Part shown: positions 19,485 to 30,021 of the stretch, in pieces
Position numbering within the stretch: position 1 is the first letter of the stretch
How the letters are laid out: the number at the start of each line of letters is the position of its first letter
Assembly: GCA_016935835.1 (NCBI GenBank)
Contig: JAFGQE010000003.1
Span: forward strand, 5,063-69,062
DNA from: Clostridia bacterium
Lineage (GTDB): Bacteria > Bacillota > Clostridia > DUPQ01
DNA length: 64,000 bases
Direction: 5' to 3'
The notes under the pieces: model-generated
Databases searched by the model: none
What the model saw: only the letters and a program-made list of their open reading frames with translations
What the model was told of the DNA's origin: nothing
Made by a program: the position numbers and the translations under genes

Positions 19485-19595
19485 ATCTCCTGTCACCCGA
19501 AGGAAAAGGATTCTTTCCTGGCTCCCGAACCAAGCCTCAGGCCTGTGTTCCGAAATCCGCATCTCCCTTGTCTCCCGGCATTCTGCTGTTCTGAC
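19485..19595 (-). ncRNA. Candidate structured cis-regulatory 5' leader of the M23 operon
   Basis: About 130-nt leader with hairpins GAACACAGGC-CUGAG-GCUUGGUUC and AGGAAAG-AAUC-CUUUUCCU, and seven GGA motifs. Confidence 0.4.
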
Positions 19596-19620
19596 TAATA
19601 AAAATAACCGCAGTAATGGT

Positions 19621-19649
19621 ATTTTAATGGATTTTCACTGAAATTACAA
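19621..19649 (-). promoter_or_regulatory. sigma-A-like promoter of the M23-bactofilin-PBP operon
   Basis: Minus strand TTGTAA (19649-19644), 17-nt spacer, TAAAAT (19626-19621). Confidence 0.55.
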
Positions 19650-19697
19650 CCCCGGCCATGTTTTTCCCCCAAAAAAGACCGGTAAATATCTCAAGCT

Positions 19698-20153
19698 TCA
19701 TTTATTCCGGTTGATAAACATAATGATCGGAGCGGCAACCACTGGAATAATCGCTGTTATTATTGTCAGGACAAAGGCATTCTCCGGGTCAAATTCCTCA
19801 TATAGCTTATGGAAAGCGATGACAAGAACCAAAAGTCCTATTGCGGAAAGCACGGCGCCCACAAGCGGAACATAGGCAAGGCCTATGAAAAGGGCAAAGG
19901 CCAGTGGAAGAATGATCTCGGTGTTTGTCAGGCTGAGATTGAAAATCTTCATATCGCCCGTCATCTTTCCAATGCAGTACATGTTAACGACCGGAATCCA
20001 CGCCAGCCATGGATTCGGCATGTTTCTTTTTTTCACCATCATGTACAGGCTGTATGAAAACAGCAGATAGAATATGATGCCGAATATGATGCCGAACACA
20101 ATTCCCAGTGTGGCAAGAATTGCTGTGCCTGTTATATATGTCTGTGTATTCAT
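19698..20153 (-). CDS. Small integral membrane protein (DUF5684-like)
   Basis: PWLAWIPVVNMYCIG motif, 4-5 TM segments. Start reset to ATG 20153 with RBS GGAGG. Confidence 0.65.
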   Translation of the reverse strand: MNTQTYITGTAILATLGIVFGIIFGIIFYLLFSYSLYMMVKKRNMPNPWLAWIPVVNMYCIGKMTGDMKIFNLSLTNTEIILPLAFALFIGLAYVPLVGAVLSAIGLLVLVIAFHKLYEEFDPENAFVLTIITAIIPVVAAPIIMFINRNK

Positions 20154-20327
20154 ATCGGTAAGGTCCTCCGAATCAGTTTCTATGACAATTATAATATAAA
20201 AGGATGCAATTATCAATTCAATGATATATCCGTATCGATGGCATTGTTTAAAAGAACCTTGTGGGGCGAAGCCTGTTGCGCATACTTTTTGCATGCGTTT
20301 TATGTTAAAATCTATTGCGTGGAAAGA

Positions 20328-22685
20328 ATGAAAATCTGCGCTGTTTTGCTTGAGGATGCCAACAGGTCGTATGACAGGATTTATAATTACAATGTTCCGG
20401 GCATGTTTGCGAACAAGCTCGCTACGGGCATGCGTGTCAGTGTTCCTTTTGGAAGGGGAAAATCGCTCAGAACCGCATGGTTTCTTGCGTTTGTCAATAA
20501 ATCAAGGTATAAGAACCTCAAGGAAATCAGCGGAATCATAGATGATGTCCCGTTGCTCGGCAAGAATATGTTCCGGTTGGCGAAATTAATGCGCGACAGG
20601 TATTTCTGCAGTTATGGCGCAGCGGTTTCCGCGATGATCCCATCGGGCCTGAAAATCAGGAAGGATCGGTTTGTCAGGCTTAAGACCGGTGTTGAATACA
20701 CATTCGGGCAATTCATGGAAGAGATCGAATGGGACAGGGAAAAGCTTTCGAATATGATAAAAAGCGGGGAAGCGGATATAATTGAAACCCAGACCCGGGC
20801 TGCATCGGCAAAAACACAGCAAGCCGTCCGGCTGGCAATAACCGGGGAATTGGCGGCTGAGATGCTTGAAAACGGAGGATACTCAAATATCAAGCACCGC
20901 AGGGCGGTGGAATTGCTGCTGGAGTTTGGATCCGTGACTGTCAGTGATTTTGAAAATTACGAATCCATTTCGAGGGGAATAATAAAGACGCTTCAGAAAA
21001 AAGGGCTGGTCGAGATTTTTGAAAAGGAAGTCCAGAGGTTCAATGTCGAAAAAGGAGATATTGGAAACGGGGAGGGATTTGAGCTGAACAGCCAGCAGTC
21101 CAGGGCCTGCGGCATAATAAAGAGGGCCATGGAATCCGGCGAATATGATTCTTTTCTGTTGCACGGAATAACCGGCAGCGGAAAGACCGAGGTGTACCTG
21201 GAACTGGCTGAGAAAGCAATTTCGATGGAGAGACAGGTAATTGTGCTGGTGCCGGAAATATCATTGACACCGATGATGGTCCGGCGCTTTGCAGCCAGAT
21301 TCCCCGGACAGCTGGCCGTGCTGCACAGCAGGCTTTCAATGGGGGAACGCTATGACCAGTGGATGATGGTCCGCGACGGGAAGGCAAGGATAGCCCTGGG
21401 GGCAAGGTCTTGTATCTTTGCCCCGTTCGACAACCTGGGGCTTGTAATAATGGACGAGGAGCATGAGCCTTCATATATCAGTGAAACCACCCCCAGATAT
21501 AGTGCGGCTGAGGTGGCCGCCATGAGGTGCAGGCTTGAAAAAGCCGTCATGGTTGCCGGATCGGCGACCCCGGCTGTCTCCGATTACCGTGCATTTGAGG
21601 CCAGGAGCAGGGTTATAGAACTGACGGAACGCGCGGGTGCCGGGGAATTGCCGGATATCAGGGTCATTGATATGAAACAGGAATTGATGGCCGGCAATTA
21701 TGGGATATTAAGCCGGGAGCTCAAGGAGGAAATCGAAAGAAACATCACCGCAGGGGAGCAAACCATGCTTTTCCTCAACCGCAGGGGATATGCGTCATAT
21801 ATGATATGCAAGGACTGCGGGACTATCAATCTTTGTTCAAACTGCGATATCTCAATGACATACCATAAGGATATAAATGCGCTTGTATGCCATTATTGCG
21901 GTCATATGGAGCCTGTTCCCGTCAAATGCCATGCATGCGGCTCGCCGGCGATTCAAAAACACGGGGTGGGGACACAAAAGGTAGAGGAGGAAATAAAAAC
22001 CTCGTTTCCTTTGGCGACTATGTTGAGGATGGATTCGGATACAACCGGATTAAAAAATTCACATATGGCGATACTTGACCGCTTTGTCAGCGAAAAGACA
22101 AACATTCTGATCGGCACCCAGATGATTGCCAAGGGACACGATTTTCCGGAAATAACCCTTGTGGGAATAATCTCCGCCGACACTCTTTCACCCGGGTATG
22201 ATTTTAATTCACAGGAAAGAATATTTCAGTTGATAACCCAGGCCGCCGGACGCGCCGGCAGGGGATCAAAAAGGGGAAGGGCAGTAATACAGGCATACAA
22301 TATGGAAGCATATGCGCTCAGGTTCGGGATAAGCCAGGACTATGCGGGTTTCTACTCAAGGGAAATGGAACTGAGGAGGATGCTTGCGTACCCCCCGTTT
22401 GGAAGCATAGCCAGGATTGTCTTCTCATCCGCAAGCGATCCGGAAGCCCGAAAGTGGGCGAATGCCTCCGCCCGCATGATGCAAACTGACGGCGTTGAGG
22501 TCTCAAAGGTTGAATATGCCCCTGTGGCAAGGATAAATAAAAAGTTCAGGTACAGGGTTGTGGCAAAAGGAACCGACGATAATCTTCTCAGGGAAACCGT
22601 CAAGGGCATGTATCTTAAGATTTCATCGGAAAAACCGGCCGAAACAAGCATGTCGATAGAAATCCAGGGGGATGGGATGTTCTGA
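20328..22685 (+). CDS. priA: Primosomal protein N'
   Basis: VSVPFG, LHGITGSGKTEVY, LVPEISLT, DEEHE, Zn-knuckle CxxC pairs, GTQMIAKGHDFP, QAAGRAGR. Confidence 0.96.
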   Translation: MKICAVLLEDANRSYDRIYNYNVPGMFANKLATGMRVSVPFGRGKSLRTAWFLAFVNKSRYKNLKEISGIIDDVPLLGKNMFRLAKLMRDRYFCSYGAAVSAMIPSGLKIRKDRFVRLKTGVEYTFGQFMEEIEWDREKLSNMIKSGEADIIETQTRAASAKTQQAVRLAITGELAAEMLENGGYSNIKHRRAVELLLEFGSVTVSDFENYESISRGIIKTLQKKGLVEIFEKEVQRFNVEKGDIGNGEGFELNSQQSRACGIIKRAMESGEYDSFLLHGITGSGKTEVYLELAEKAISMERQVIVLVPEISLTPMMVRRFAARFPGQLAVLHSRLSMGERYDQWMMVRDGKARIALGARSCIFAPFDNLGLVIMDEEHEPSYISETTPRYSAAEVAAMRCRLEKAVMVAGSATPAVSDYRAFEARSRVIELTERAGAGELPDIRVIDMKQELMAGNYGILSRELKEEIERNITAGEQTMLFLNRRGYASYMICKDCGTINLCSNCDISMTYHKDINALVCHYCGHMEPVPVKCHACGSPAIQKHGVGTQKVEEEIKTSFPLATMLRMDSDTTGLKNSHMAILDRFVSEKTNILIGTQMIAKGHDFPEITLVGIISADTLSPGYDFNSQERIFQLITQAAGRAGRGSKRGRAVIQAYNMEAYALRFGISQDYAGFYSREMELRRMLAYPPFGSIARIVFSSASDPEARKWANASARMMQTDGVEVSKVEYAPVARINKKFRYRVVAKGTDDNLLRETVKGMYLKISSEKPAETSMSIEIQGDGMF

Positions 22686-22733
22686 TAAAATAAGGCGGCT
22701 TCAGTGCGGGCAAAGTCCGGGAACCGCCGGTCA

Positions 22734-22763
22734 TTGATAAAAATCCGAAGCATGGTATATAAT
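22734..22763 (+). promoter_or_regulatory. Possible sigma-A promoter of the def operon
   Basis: TTGATA, 18-nt spacer, TATAAT. Confidence 0.45.
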
Positions 22764-22797
22764 GAAACATAGTGAAAGACTAAGGTGAGGACAAGGC

Positions 22798-23292
22798 ATG
22801 GCTTTAAGAAATATAAGGATAGATGAAGACCCTGTATTAAGAAAGAAAGCAAGGACAGTTGAAAAATTCGACCCGGCGCTACACAGGCTGCTCGAAGACA
22901 TGGCGGACACAATGTACGACGCACCGGGCATAGGGCTTGCCGCCCCGCAGGTCGGCGTATTGAAAAGAGCAATAGTTTTCGACACCGGCGACGGGCTTAT
23001 GGAAATGATTAATCCTGAGATCACTGATTCAGAAGGCGAGCAAATAGAAATCGAGGGGTGTCTTAGCGTGCCGGGAATTTATGGGAAGGTAAGCAGACCC
23101 GCCTCGATCAAAGTGAATTATCAGGACAGGAAAGGCATCAGGCATACTATGGATGCCAACGAACTTCAGGCGGTCGTGATATGTCATGAGACGGACCATC
23201 TCTTTGGGAAACTGTTCACCGATATCGCAACTGAATACATAACGGCCGAGGAACTGGAGGAATCCGGTAACATGCATGAAGAAACTTTATAA
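22798..23292 (+). CDS. def: Peptide deformylase
   Basis: GIGLAAPQVG, EGCLS, HETDHL. Confidence 0.97.
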   Translation: MALRNIRIDEDPVLRKKARTVEKFDPALHRLLEDMADTMYDAPGIGLAAPQVGVLKRAIVFDTGDGLMEMINPEITDSEGEQIEIEGCLSVPGIYGKVSRPASIKVNYQDRKGIRHTMDANELQAVVICHETDHLFGKLFTDIATEYITAEELEESGNMHEETL

Positions 23293-24223
23293 AATAGTAT
23301 TTATGGGCACTCCGGATTTTGCCGTGCCCAGCCTTGAGAGACTTATTTCGGAGGGACATGAAGTTTGTGCGGTTGTGACGCAGCCGGACAAGAAAAGAGG
23401 CCGCGGTGGAGCAGTGTCATTTTCACCCGTTAAGAGTACGGCCGTATCAAAGGGGATTAAAGTTCTGCAGCCTTTGAAAGCAAGGGATGCGGCCTTCATA
23501 TCGGAACTGTCCGGACTGCAGGCGGATTTTTTCGTTACCTGCGCATATGGCCTTATACTTCCCAAGGCTGTTTTGGATATTCCTCCGTTGGGATGTATAA
23601 ATGTGCATGCTTCGCTTCTGCCGGAATACAGGGGCGCGGCCCCCATACAAAGGGCGGTTATAAACGGTGAATCCTACACAGGGGTTACGACGATGATGAC
23701 CGATGCCGGCATGGATACCGGGGACATTCTTCTTTCTAAAAAAATAGAAATTCCGGAAGACATGACATCCGGGGAACTCCACGACAAACTGAAAATCATC
23801 GGAGCCGATTTACTTATGGATACCATTGAAAGATTATCGCAGGACTCTTTGGCAAGGGTGCCCCAGGACGATTCCAAGGCTTCCTATGCACCGATGCTCA
23901 GGAAGGAAGAAGGGATAATAGACTGGAAAAGCGACAGCCGTTCAATACATAACAAGATCAGGGCCCTTGACCCGTGGCCGGGCTGCTTCACGACCTATAA
24001 AAGAAAAAGAATGAGGATTTTCTCATCCAGATATGTAAATGGGAATGCATGCGGTATTCCCGGTGAAATAACAGCAGTATCCAAGGATAAGGTGGTTGTC
24101 TGCTGCGGCAGGGGCAGCCTTTGCATCCTCGGGGTTCAGTTCGAAAACGGCAGAAGGGTTCATGTTGCCGAGTGCTGGCACAATTTCAAGACGAATGAAG
24201 TCCTTGGAAGGGAGGAATGGTAA
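23276..24223 (+). CDS. fmt: Methionyl-tRNA formyltransferase
   Basis: IVFMGTPDFA, VVTQPD, INVHASLLPEYRGAAPI, MDTGDI. Confidence 0.97.
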   Translation: MKKLYKIVFMGTPDFAVPSLERLISEGHEVCAVVTQPDKKRGRGGAVSFSPVKSTAVSKGIKVLQPLKARDAAFISELSGLQADFFVTCAYGLILPKAVLDIPPLGCINVHASLLPEYRGAAPIQRAVINGESYTGVTTMMTDAGMDTGDILLSKKIEIPEDMTSGELHDKLKIIGADLLMDTIERLSQDSLARVPQDDSKASYAPMLRKEEGIIDWKSDSRSIHNKIRALDPWPGCFTTYKRKRMRIFSSRYVNGNACGIPGEITAVSKDKVVVCCGRGSLCILGVQFENGRRVHVAECWHNFKTNEVLGREEW

Positions 24224-24894
24224 TGTATTATTATTTCTGGCTTATGATACCGGCCCTTTTGCTGAGCCTTTATGCCCAGGCGAAGGTCGGGTCGACTTTC
24301 AGGAAATATTCAAAGGTAAGGACGGAGAGCGGAATCACGGGCGCCATGACTGCGAGAAGGATGCTTGACGAAGGGGGGCTCAATGATGTTGACGTGGTCA
24401 GGATAAGCGGGAATCTCACGGACAACTTCGATCCCAAAAAAGGCATTATTAGCCTTTCGGATTCCGTGCACTCATCTTCCTCGGTTTCCGCGGTGGGTGT
24501 CGCCGCCCATGAAACCGGACATGCATTGCAGCACAGGGACGAATATGGTCCGATGAAACTAAGGTCTTTTCTGGTTCCTGTCGCGAACATCGGGTCGGTC
24601 GCAGGGCCATATATCGCTATTGCAGGACTGATATTCAGCATTGATATACTGCTGGAGCTGGGGATTGTTCTTTTTTCCGCGGCGGTGCTTTTTTATCTTG
24701 TTACCCTTCCTGTTGAAATGAATGCAAGCAGAAGGGCCATGGAGCTTCTTGAAACCGGCGGGATACTTAACAACAATGAGCTGTCATCGGCAAAAAAAGT
24801 TCTCAATGCCGCTGCACTGACATATATAGCGGCGGCTCTATCGGCGATAATGACGCTGGTCCGCCTGATTTTGATTTCAAGGAACAGGCGATGA
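24223..24894 (+). CDS. Putative neutral zinc metallopeptidase (YugP family)
   Basis: AAHETGHALQH, VTLPVEMNASRRA, VLNAAALTY. Start at ATG 24223 fits RBS spacing. Confidence 0.9.
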   Translation: MYYYFWLMIPALLLSLYAQAKVGSTFRKYSKVRTESGITGAMTARRMLDEGGLNDVDVVRISGNLTDNFDPKKGIISLSDSVHSSSSVSAVGVAAHETGHALQHRDEYGPMKLRSFLVPVANIGSVAGPYIAIAGLIFSIDILLELGIVLFSAAVLFYLVTLPVEMNASRRAMELLETGGILNNNELSSAKKVLNAAALTYIAAALSAIMTLVRLILISRNRR

Positions 24895-26171
24895 ACGCAA
24901 GGGAAGCTGCATTCAGGGCCGTTCACGAGGTGCTTTACAACAAAGGCTACTCGAATATAGTTCTTGATGAAATAAGAAGAAGGCATGGGTTTGGCGGGAC
25001 AGATGCGGCTTTTATAACCAACATAGTCATGGGAACACTCAGGAACAGCTTGCTTTTGGATCATGCGATATCCCTCTTCTCCAATATAAAATTGAATAAA
25101 ATATCCCCGTCGGTGGCCGTGGTGCTGAAAACAGGGGCTTATCAGATTCTTTTCATGGACAGGGTGCCGGACAGCGCAGCATGCAATGAGTCGGTGATCC
25201 TTGCCGGCAAACTAGCGGGAAGCAGATCAAAGAATTTTGTAAATGCGGTGCTTAGGAATTTGTCGCGCGGCAAGGGTGCGGTGCTTTCATCAGTAGAAAA
25301 TCTGAGCGGCGATGAGTATCTCTCGGTGAAGTACTCATGCAGCATGGAGGCGGCGGCCAGGCTTTTGAAACAATTCGGCGCTGATGGCGCGGAGCGGATA
25401 CTTGAGGCCATGAACCAGCCGGCAAGGACATGCATAAGGTTCAATAAATGCGGTGAAGGCGATGAGAGCGAGGTCCTGCCTGACGAAATGAAAATCGACT
25501 GCACCAAGGGAAAACTTGCCCGGGGAGCATATTATCTTGACAGAGGCGGAGCGGTTTCCGAAATGGAATTATTTGGGGACGGGCATATGGCGGTGCAGGA
25601 TGAAGGCGCGCAGCTCATGGGGGAATTCCTGAACCCTTGTCCGGGGGAGGACATACTTGACGCTTGCGCGGCGCCTGGTGGTAAAACAGCCCATTTGTCA
25701 TGTCTGATGAAAGGTCTGGGAACGATTACGGCATGTGATATCCATGCGCATCGCGTTGAATACATGAGGCAATCGCTTTCACGCATGAACATAAATAATG
25801 TGAGATGCATGCAAATGGACATGTCAGTGGTAAATCCTAAATTCCGCGGCATGTTTGACCGCGTTCTGGTGGATGCTCCATGCAGCGGGATCGGCATGGC
25901 GCAGCGAAGGCCTGAGATAAAGTTGCATTACAGTGAGGACGCGACGCTTTATGAGTTGCAGAGAAAAATTCTGGCGTCGTGCGCCGGTTATGTGAAACCC
26001 GGTGGAACGATTGTTTATGGAACATGCACTCTTTTCAAAGAAGAGAACAGGGAAGCGGTTGATTCCCTTCTTGAGTCAAGCGCCGGATATGTTCTGGAAG
26101 AGGATAAGCTCATTCTGCCGGATGGGATGGCGGGAGGATTTTATATGGCAAGGATTAAGAGGCGCAAATGA
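24891..26171 (+). CDS. rsmB: 16S rRNA m5C967 methyltransferase (Sun)
   Basis: NusB-like N-domain (FVNAVLRN), VQDEG, DACAAPGGKT, VDAPCSG, YGTCT. Confidence 0.93.
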   Translation: MNAREAAFRAVHEVLYNKGYSNIVLDEIRRRHGFGGTDAAFITNIVMGTLRNSLLLDHAISLFSNIKLNKISPSVAVVLKTGAYQILFMDRVPDSAACNESVILAGKLAGSRSKNFVNAVLRNLSRGKGAVLSSVENLSGDEYLSVKYSCSMEAAARLLKQFGADGAERILEAMNQPARTCIRFNKCGEGDESEVLPDEMKIDCTKGKLARGAYYLDRGGAVSEMELFGDGHMAVQDEGAQLMGEFLNPCPGEDILDACAAPGGKTAHLSCLMKGLGTITACDIHAHRVEYMRQSLSRMNINNVRCMQMDMSVVNPKFRGMFDRVLVDAPCSGIGMAQRRPEIKLHYSEDATLYELQRKILASCAGYVKPGGTIVYGTCTLFKEENREAVDSLLESSAGYVLEEDKLILPDGMAGGFYMARIKRRK

Positions 26172-27208
26172 TCAATATATTCGACCTGACACCGGATGAA
26201 GCGGCCGGCGAAATCAAAGGAATGGGTCTTCAGGCATATAAGGCAGGGCAGGTTTTCGAATGGCTTTATAAAAAGCGAGTCCTGGATTTTTCAAGGATGA
26301 CCAATATATCGAAATCAGATGCCAGGAAACTGGGGTCTGTTTTTAAAACCGATATTCCCTCGGTAGAAAGAACGCTTGAATCAACTGACGGAACAATCAA
26401 ATACCTGTTTGGGCTGTCTGACGGAAATATGATTGAAAGCGTACTGATGAAATATTCCTACGGATATTCATTGTGCATTTCAAGCCAGGCGGGATGCAGG
26501 ATGAACTGCAGTTTCTGTGCGTCGGGCAAGGATGGATTGGAAAGAAATCTGACTGCGGGAGAAATGACGGGACAGATAATGGCTTCGGAAATCAGTTCAG
26601 GAACTCATATATCGAGGATAGTGGTGATGGGAACGGGAGAACCTTTTGACAACTATGACAACCTCCTGCGTTTTCTGGATATTGCGGCCAATCCAAAGGG
26701 ACTTGGGATCGGCCAGCGAAGGATAACTGTCTCAACCTGCGGCCTGGTTCCGGGAATCATCAGGTTCGCGGATTATGGAAGCCAGGTGAACCTCGCCATA
26801 TCCCTTCACGAAACAGACAATGAATCAAGGAGCAGGATAATGCCGGTCAACAAAAAATACCCGATTGAGGAAGTTCTTAAGGCCTGCAGATACTATGTGG
26901 AAAAAACAAACAGGCGGATATCATTTGAATATGCCCTTATTCCCGGAGTCAATGATTCGCCGGCAAAGGCGCTTGAGCTTGCGCACTTGTTGAAAGGCAT
27001 GCTTTGCTATGTTAATATTATACCGGTCAACCTGATAAAAGGCGTTGAATACAAGGGCAATCCAGGAAAGAACGCAGCGGTTTTTTATGATATACTTGGA
27101 AAACATGGTATTCATGTTACCGTCAGAAGAGAGCTGGGCGGGGATATAGAAGCTGCCTGCGGCCAGCTGAGGAGGAGCCATGCGGATGAAATATGGCGTC
27201 GGGACTGA
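26168..27208 (+). CDS. rlmN: 23S rRNA/tRNA m2A methyltransferase, radical SAM
   Basis: CISSQAGCRMNCSFCASG, MGTGEP, AISLH, DIEAACGQL. Confidence 0.96.
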   Translation: MINIFDLTPDEAAGEIKGMGLQAYKAGQVFEWLYKKRVLDFSRMTNISKSDARKLGSVFKTDIPSVERTLESTDGTIKYLFGLSDGNMIESVLMKYSYGYSLCISSQAGCRMNCSFCASGKDGLERNLTAGEMTGQIMASEISSGTHISRIVVMGTGEPFDNYDNLLRFLDIAANPKGLGIGQRRITVSTCGLVPGIIRFADYGSQVNLAISLHETDNESRSRIMPVNKKYPIEEVLKACRYYVEKTNRRISFEYALIPGVNDSPAKALELAHLLKGMLCYVNIIPVNLIKGVEYKGNPGKNAAVFYDILGKHGIHVTVRRELGGDIEAACGQLRRSHADEIWRRD

Positions 27209-27926
27209 TAAGGGCATGGTAAGGGACAGAAACGAGGATTGCCATGCAGTCATTGATTGCAAGGACAAAGGCTATATGGTTTTTGCCGTGGCCGATGGCA
27301 TGGGCGGAATGGACTTTGGCGACGTTGCCAGTAAAATGGCGATCGAGGTTCTGGAGAAAACTTTCGGCGGGTGCCCGGATACAGGCGGATTGGATCCCGG
27401 CATGAATAAAATACTCGTAGACATGTTCAACGGGATCAATCTTGAGATAATCAACAAGTGCGTAGAGATAAAATCCGTATCAGGGATGGGAACGACGCTT
27501 TCACTGTGTGTTTTGTCAGATGGAAAGGCATATGTGGGGCATATCGGCGATTCAAGGGTTTATTCGGCGGGGAATGACCGGATCGTACAGCAGACAAAGG
27601 ACCACTCCTATGTGGAGGAGCTTATTGATTGCGGAAGGATTACAAGGGAACAGGCCAGATACCACCCGAACCGCAATATTATAACCAGGGCGCTTGGACT
27701 TGACAGGGACATCGATGTGGACTTTTTTGAATTTGATGCAGCGGCGGGGGACATTATAATGCTGTGCACGGACGGGCTGACCAACGCCGTCGAGGACTGC
27801 GAGATACTTGAAATATTAATGAATTCGGCGGATCCCGGCCAAGCGGTGCAAAAGCTGATTGACAAGGCAAATGAACGGGGCGGCAGGGATAATATAACCG
27901 TGCAGCTTATTTATATGGAAGAATAA
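27186..27926 (+). CDS. prpC: PP2C-family Ser/Thr phosphatase (Stp1/PrpC)
   Basis: RDRNED, VADGMGG, GMGTT, HIGDSRVY, TKDHS, CTDGL, GGRDNIT. Confidence 0.92.
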   Translation: MKYGVGTDKGMVRDRNEDCHAVIDCKDKGYMVFAVADGMGGMDFGDVASKMAIEVLEKTFGGCPDTGGLDPGMNKILVDMFNGINLEIINKCVEIKSVSGMGTTLSLCVLSDGKAYVGHIGDSRVYSAGNDRIVQQTKDHSYVEELIDCGRITREQARYHPNRNIITRALGLDRDIDVDFFEFDAAAGDIIMLCTDGLTNAVEDCEILEILMNSADPGQAVQKLIDKANERGGRDNITVQLIYMEE

Positions 27927-27938
27927 CCGGAGGAACAT

Positions 27939-29951
27939 ATGGAGAATACCATTCTCAACGACAGGTACGAGCTTATTGAACTCATCGGGACCGGCGGGAT
28001 GGGTCATGTTTATAAAGCCAAGGATAACAAGCTTGACAGGACGGTGGCGGTCAAGATCCTAAAGGAAGAATTCCTCGAGGATGAGGAATTCGTCGAAAGA
28101 TTCCATGCCGAGGCGCAGGCGGCGGCAAAGCTTTCCCATACCAATATTGTAGCGGTATATGATGTCGGGGTCGACATGGATATGCATTTCATCGTAATGG
28201 AGCTTATTGAGGGAGTCATTCTGAGCGACTACGTGAAACGAATGGAAAAGCTTGATTACACCGAGGCCCTGTCCATAGCGATGCAGATATCAAAGGCGCT
28301 GGCCCATGCGCATAAGAATGGAATAGTTCACCGGGACATAAAACCGCACAATGTGCTGCTATCCAAGGACGGCGTGGCAAAGGTCGCGGATTTTGGAATA
28401 GCCAAGGCTACAACCGCAAGGACATTCACACTGAGCGGTAAAACAGTCGGTTCAGTACATTATTTTTCGCCTGAGCAAGCGCGCGGAGGTTATGTTGATT
28501 CACGGGCTGATATATATTCGCTTGGCGTGGTGCTTTACGAAATGCTTACGGGAAGGCCCCCTTTCGACGGGGAGACGCCTGTTGTGGTTGCAGTCAAGCA
28601 CCTTCAGGAAAAAATGACGGAGCCAATAATACTAAACCCTGAAATACCCGAAAGCGTCAACAAGATAGTAGTGAAGGCAATGGCAAAAAGCGCGGACGAC
28701 AGGTATCAGTCGGCGGGCGAATTGCTGGGTGAAATGGAAGCCGCAATGGCCGGCAAGGAACTTCCATCTGAGTTCAACCTGTCTCTCGATTTCATTGAAG
28801 GAACCGCGAATGCCTACGATTCAACGGATGCGACAAAAGATTTCGTACTGGCAACGAATACAAAAGATAAAAGAGAGGAGTATGATGTACCCTTGGCAAA
28901 ATATAAAAAGAGACATGTTCTTTCCACTACAATTGCCGTGCTTTCAGCCATGGTTCTTATTATTTTCATTGCATATTACGGAATAACGGAGCTTATGACG
29001 ACGGTGATTCCCGATCCGGAGGAATATATAGTGGAAGACTACAGGGGAATGGATTACGAGGAAGTAAAGAGCAAGCTGGAGTCTGAATTCAGGATAATCG
29101 TTGAAAAGCATGAGGTTTATGACGATAATACAAAGGCCGGCATCATCATTGCGCAGGATAAGGAGCAGGGGATTGTCTTCAAGGAAATGGCTGCAAACAA
29201 AATCAGGCTGACCGTAAGCCTTGGGCCTGAGGAGATTGAAATCTCCAGGTTCGAAGGCCTTGAATACAGGATAGTGGAGCGCACCCTGATAGACCTGGGC
29301 CTCGTTCCGGTCCAGATTGATATTATAAATGAAAATATTGCAAAGGGGCAGGTAATCAGAACCGATCCCCCGGAAGGCATGACTGCCAGGCCGGGAGAAA
29401 GCGTATCGGTTTATGTCAGCCTGGGACCGGAGCTTAAGGAAGTTACGGTTCCAAGTTTCATGGGAATGACACTGAATCAAGTCAAGGAACTGCTTGCCGA
29501 TCTTAATCTCAGGCTGGGAGGATATGTTCCTGACGTCCTTACCGAAGAATCGGTTGTAATCGAGCACATACCCGCGGAAGGGGCAAAGGTTTTTGAAGGC
29601 GACAAGATTGAGTACAAGTTTGCGGTCCCGGCGAGCAATCTGCTTGTTCCATATACAATCATGCCTGGAAATCTTGAAATTCAGGCGGAACCGATCAAGG
29701 TCCTGATTGAATCAACCCCGTCCAGCACGGGGACAACTTCAATCGCTTACTCGGAGTCGCACATGAAGGATAGCTTCCCTATAACGGTGTATATAGAGAT
29801 TCCCGAGGGCGGGCAAACAATAGTAAGGGTTCTGCTTAACAACATACTGAATTTTGAAACGGTTTTATTCTATGAGGATTACAAGGATATGGAAGGTGTT
29901 CAGGTCATAGGAGCAACCCCGGTACCGGTTGAACCGTCCCCCGGGGAATGA
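27939..29951 (+). CDS. prkC: PASTA-domain Ser/Thr kinase (PrkC/Stk1/PknB)
   Basis: IGTGGMGHVYKA, VAVK, HRDIKPHN, DFG, SPEQARG, TM helix, three PASTA-like repeats. Confidence 0.93.
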   Translation: MENTILNDRYELIELIGTGGMGHVYKAKDNKLDRTVAVKILKEEFLEDEEFVERFHAEAQAAAKLSHTNIVAVYDVGVDMDMHFIVMELIEGVILSDYVKRMEKLDYTEALSIAMQISKALAHAHKNGIVHRDIKPHNVLLSKDGVAKVADFGIAKATTARTFTLSGKTVGSVHYFSPEQARGGYVDSRADIYSLGVVLYEMLTGRPPFDGETPVVVAVKHLQEKMTEPIILNPEIPESVNKIVVKAMAKSADDRYQSAGELLGEMEAAMAGKELPSEFNLSLDFIEGTANAYDSTDATKDFVLATNTKDKREEYDVPLAKYKKRHVLSTTIAVLSAMVLIIFIAYYGITELMTTVIPDPEEYIVEDYRGMDYEEVKSKLESEFRIIVEKHEVYDDNTKAGIIIAQDKEQGIVFKEMAANKIRLTVSLGPEEIEISRFEGLEYRIVERTLIDLGLVPVQIDIINENIAKGQVIRTDPPEGMTARPGESVSVYVSLGPELKEVTVPSFMGMTLNQVKELLADLNLRLGGYVPDVLTEESVVIEHIPAEGAKVFEGDKIEYKFAVPASNLLVPYTIMPGNLEIQAEPIKVLIESTPSSTGTTSIAYSESHMKDSFPITVYIEIPEGGQTIVRVLLNNILNFETVLFYEDYKDMEGVQVIGATPVPVEPSPGE

Positions 29952-30021
29952 TAAAATAAAATGTTTGCGGGACGACCATACCGGTTTTGGCGGATGGTAT
30001 CAAAGGCGGGAGGGTGATTTA

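Noticed and set aside
19485..19615. ydaO (c-di-AMP) or c-di-GMP riboswitch before the M23 gene
   Set aside because: The hallmark sequences (GCUGAAUCC/GGGGUGAAU; GGCAAAC/GACGCAAAGC) are absent. Kept only as an unclassified leader.
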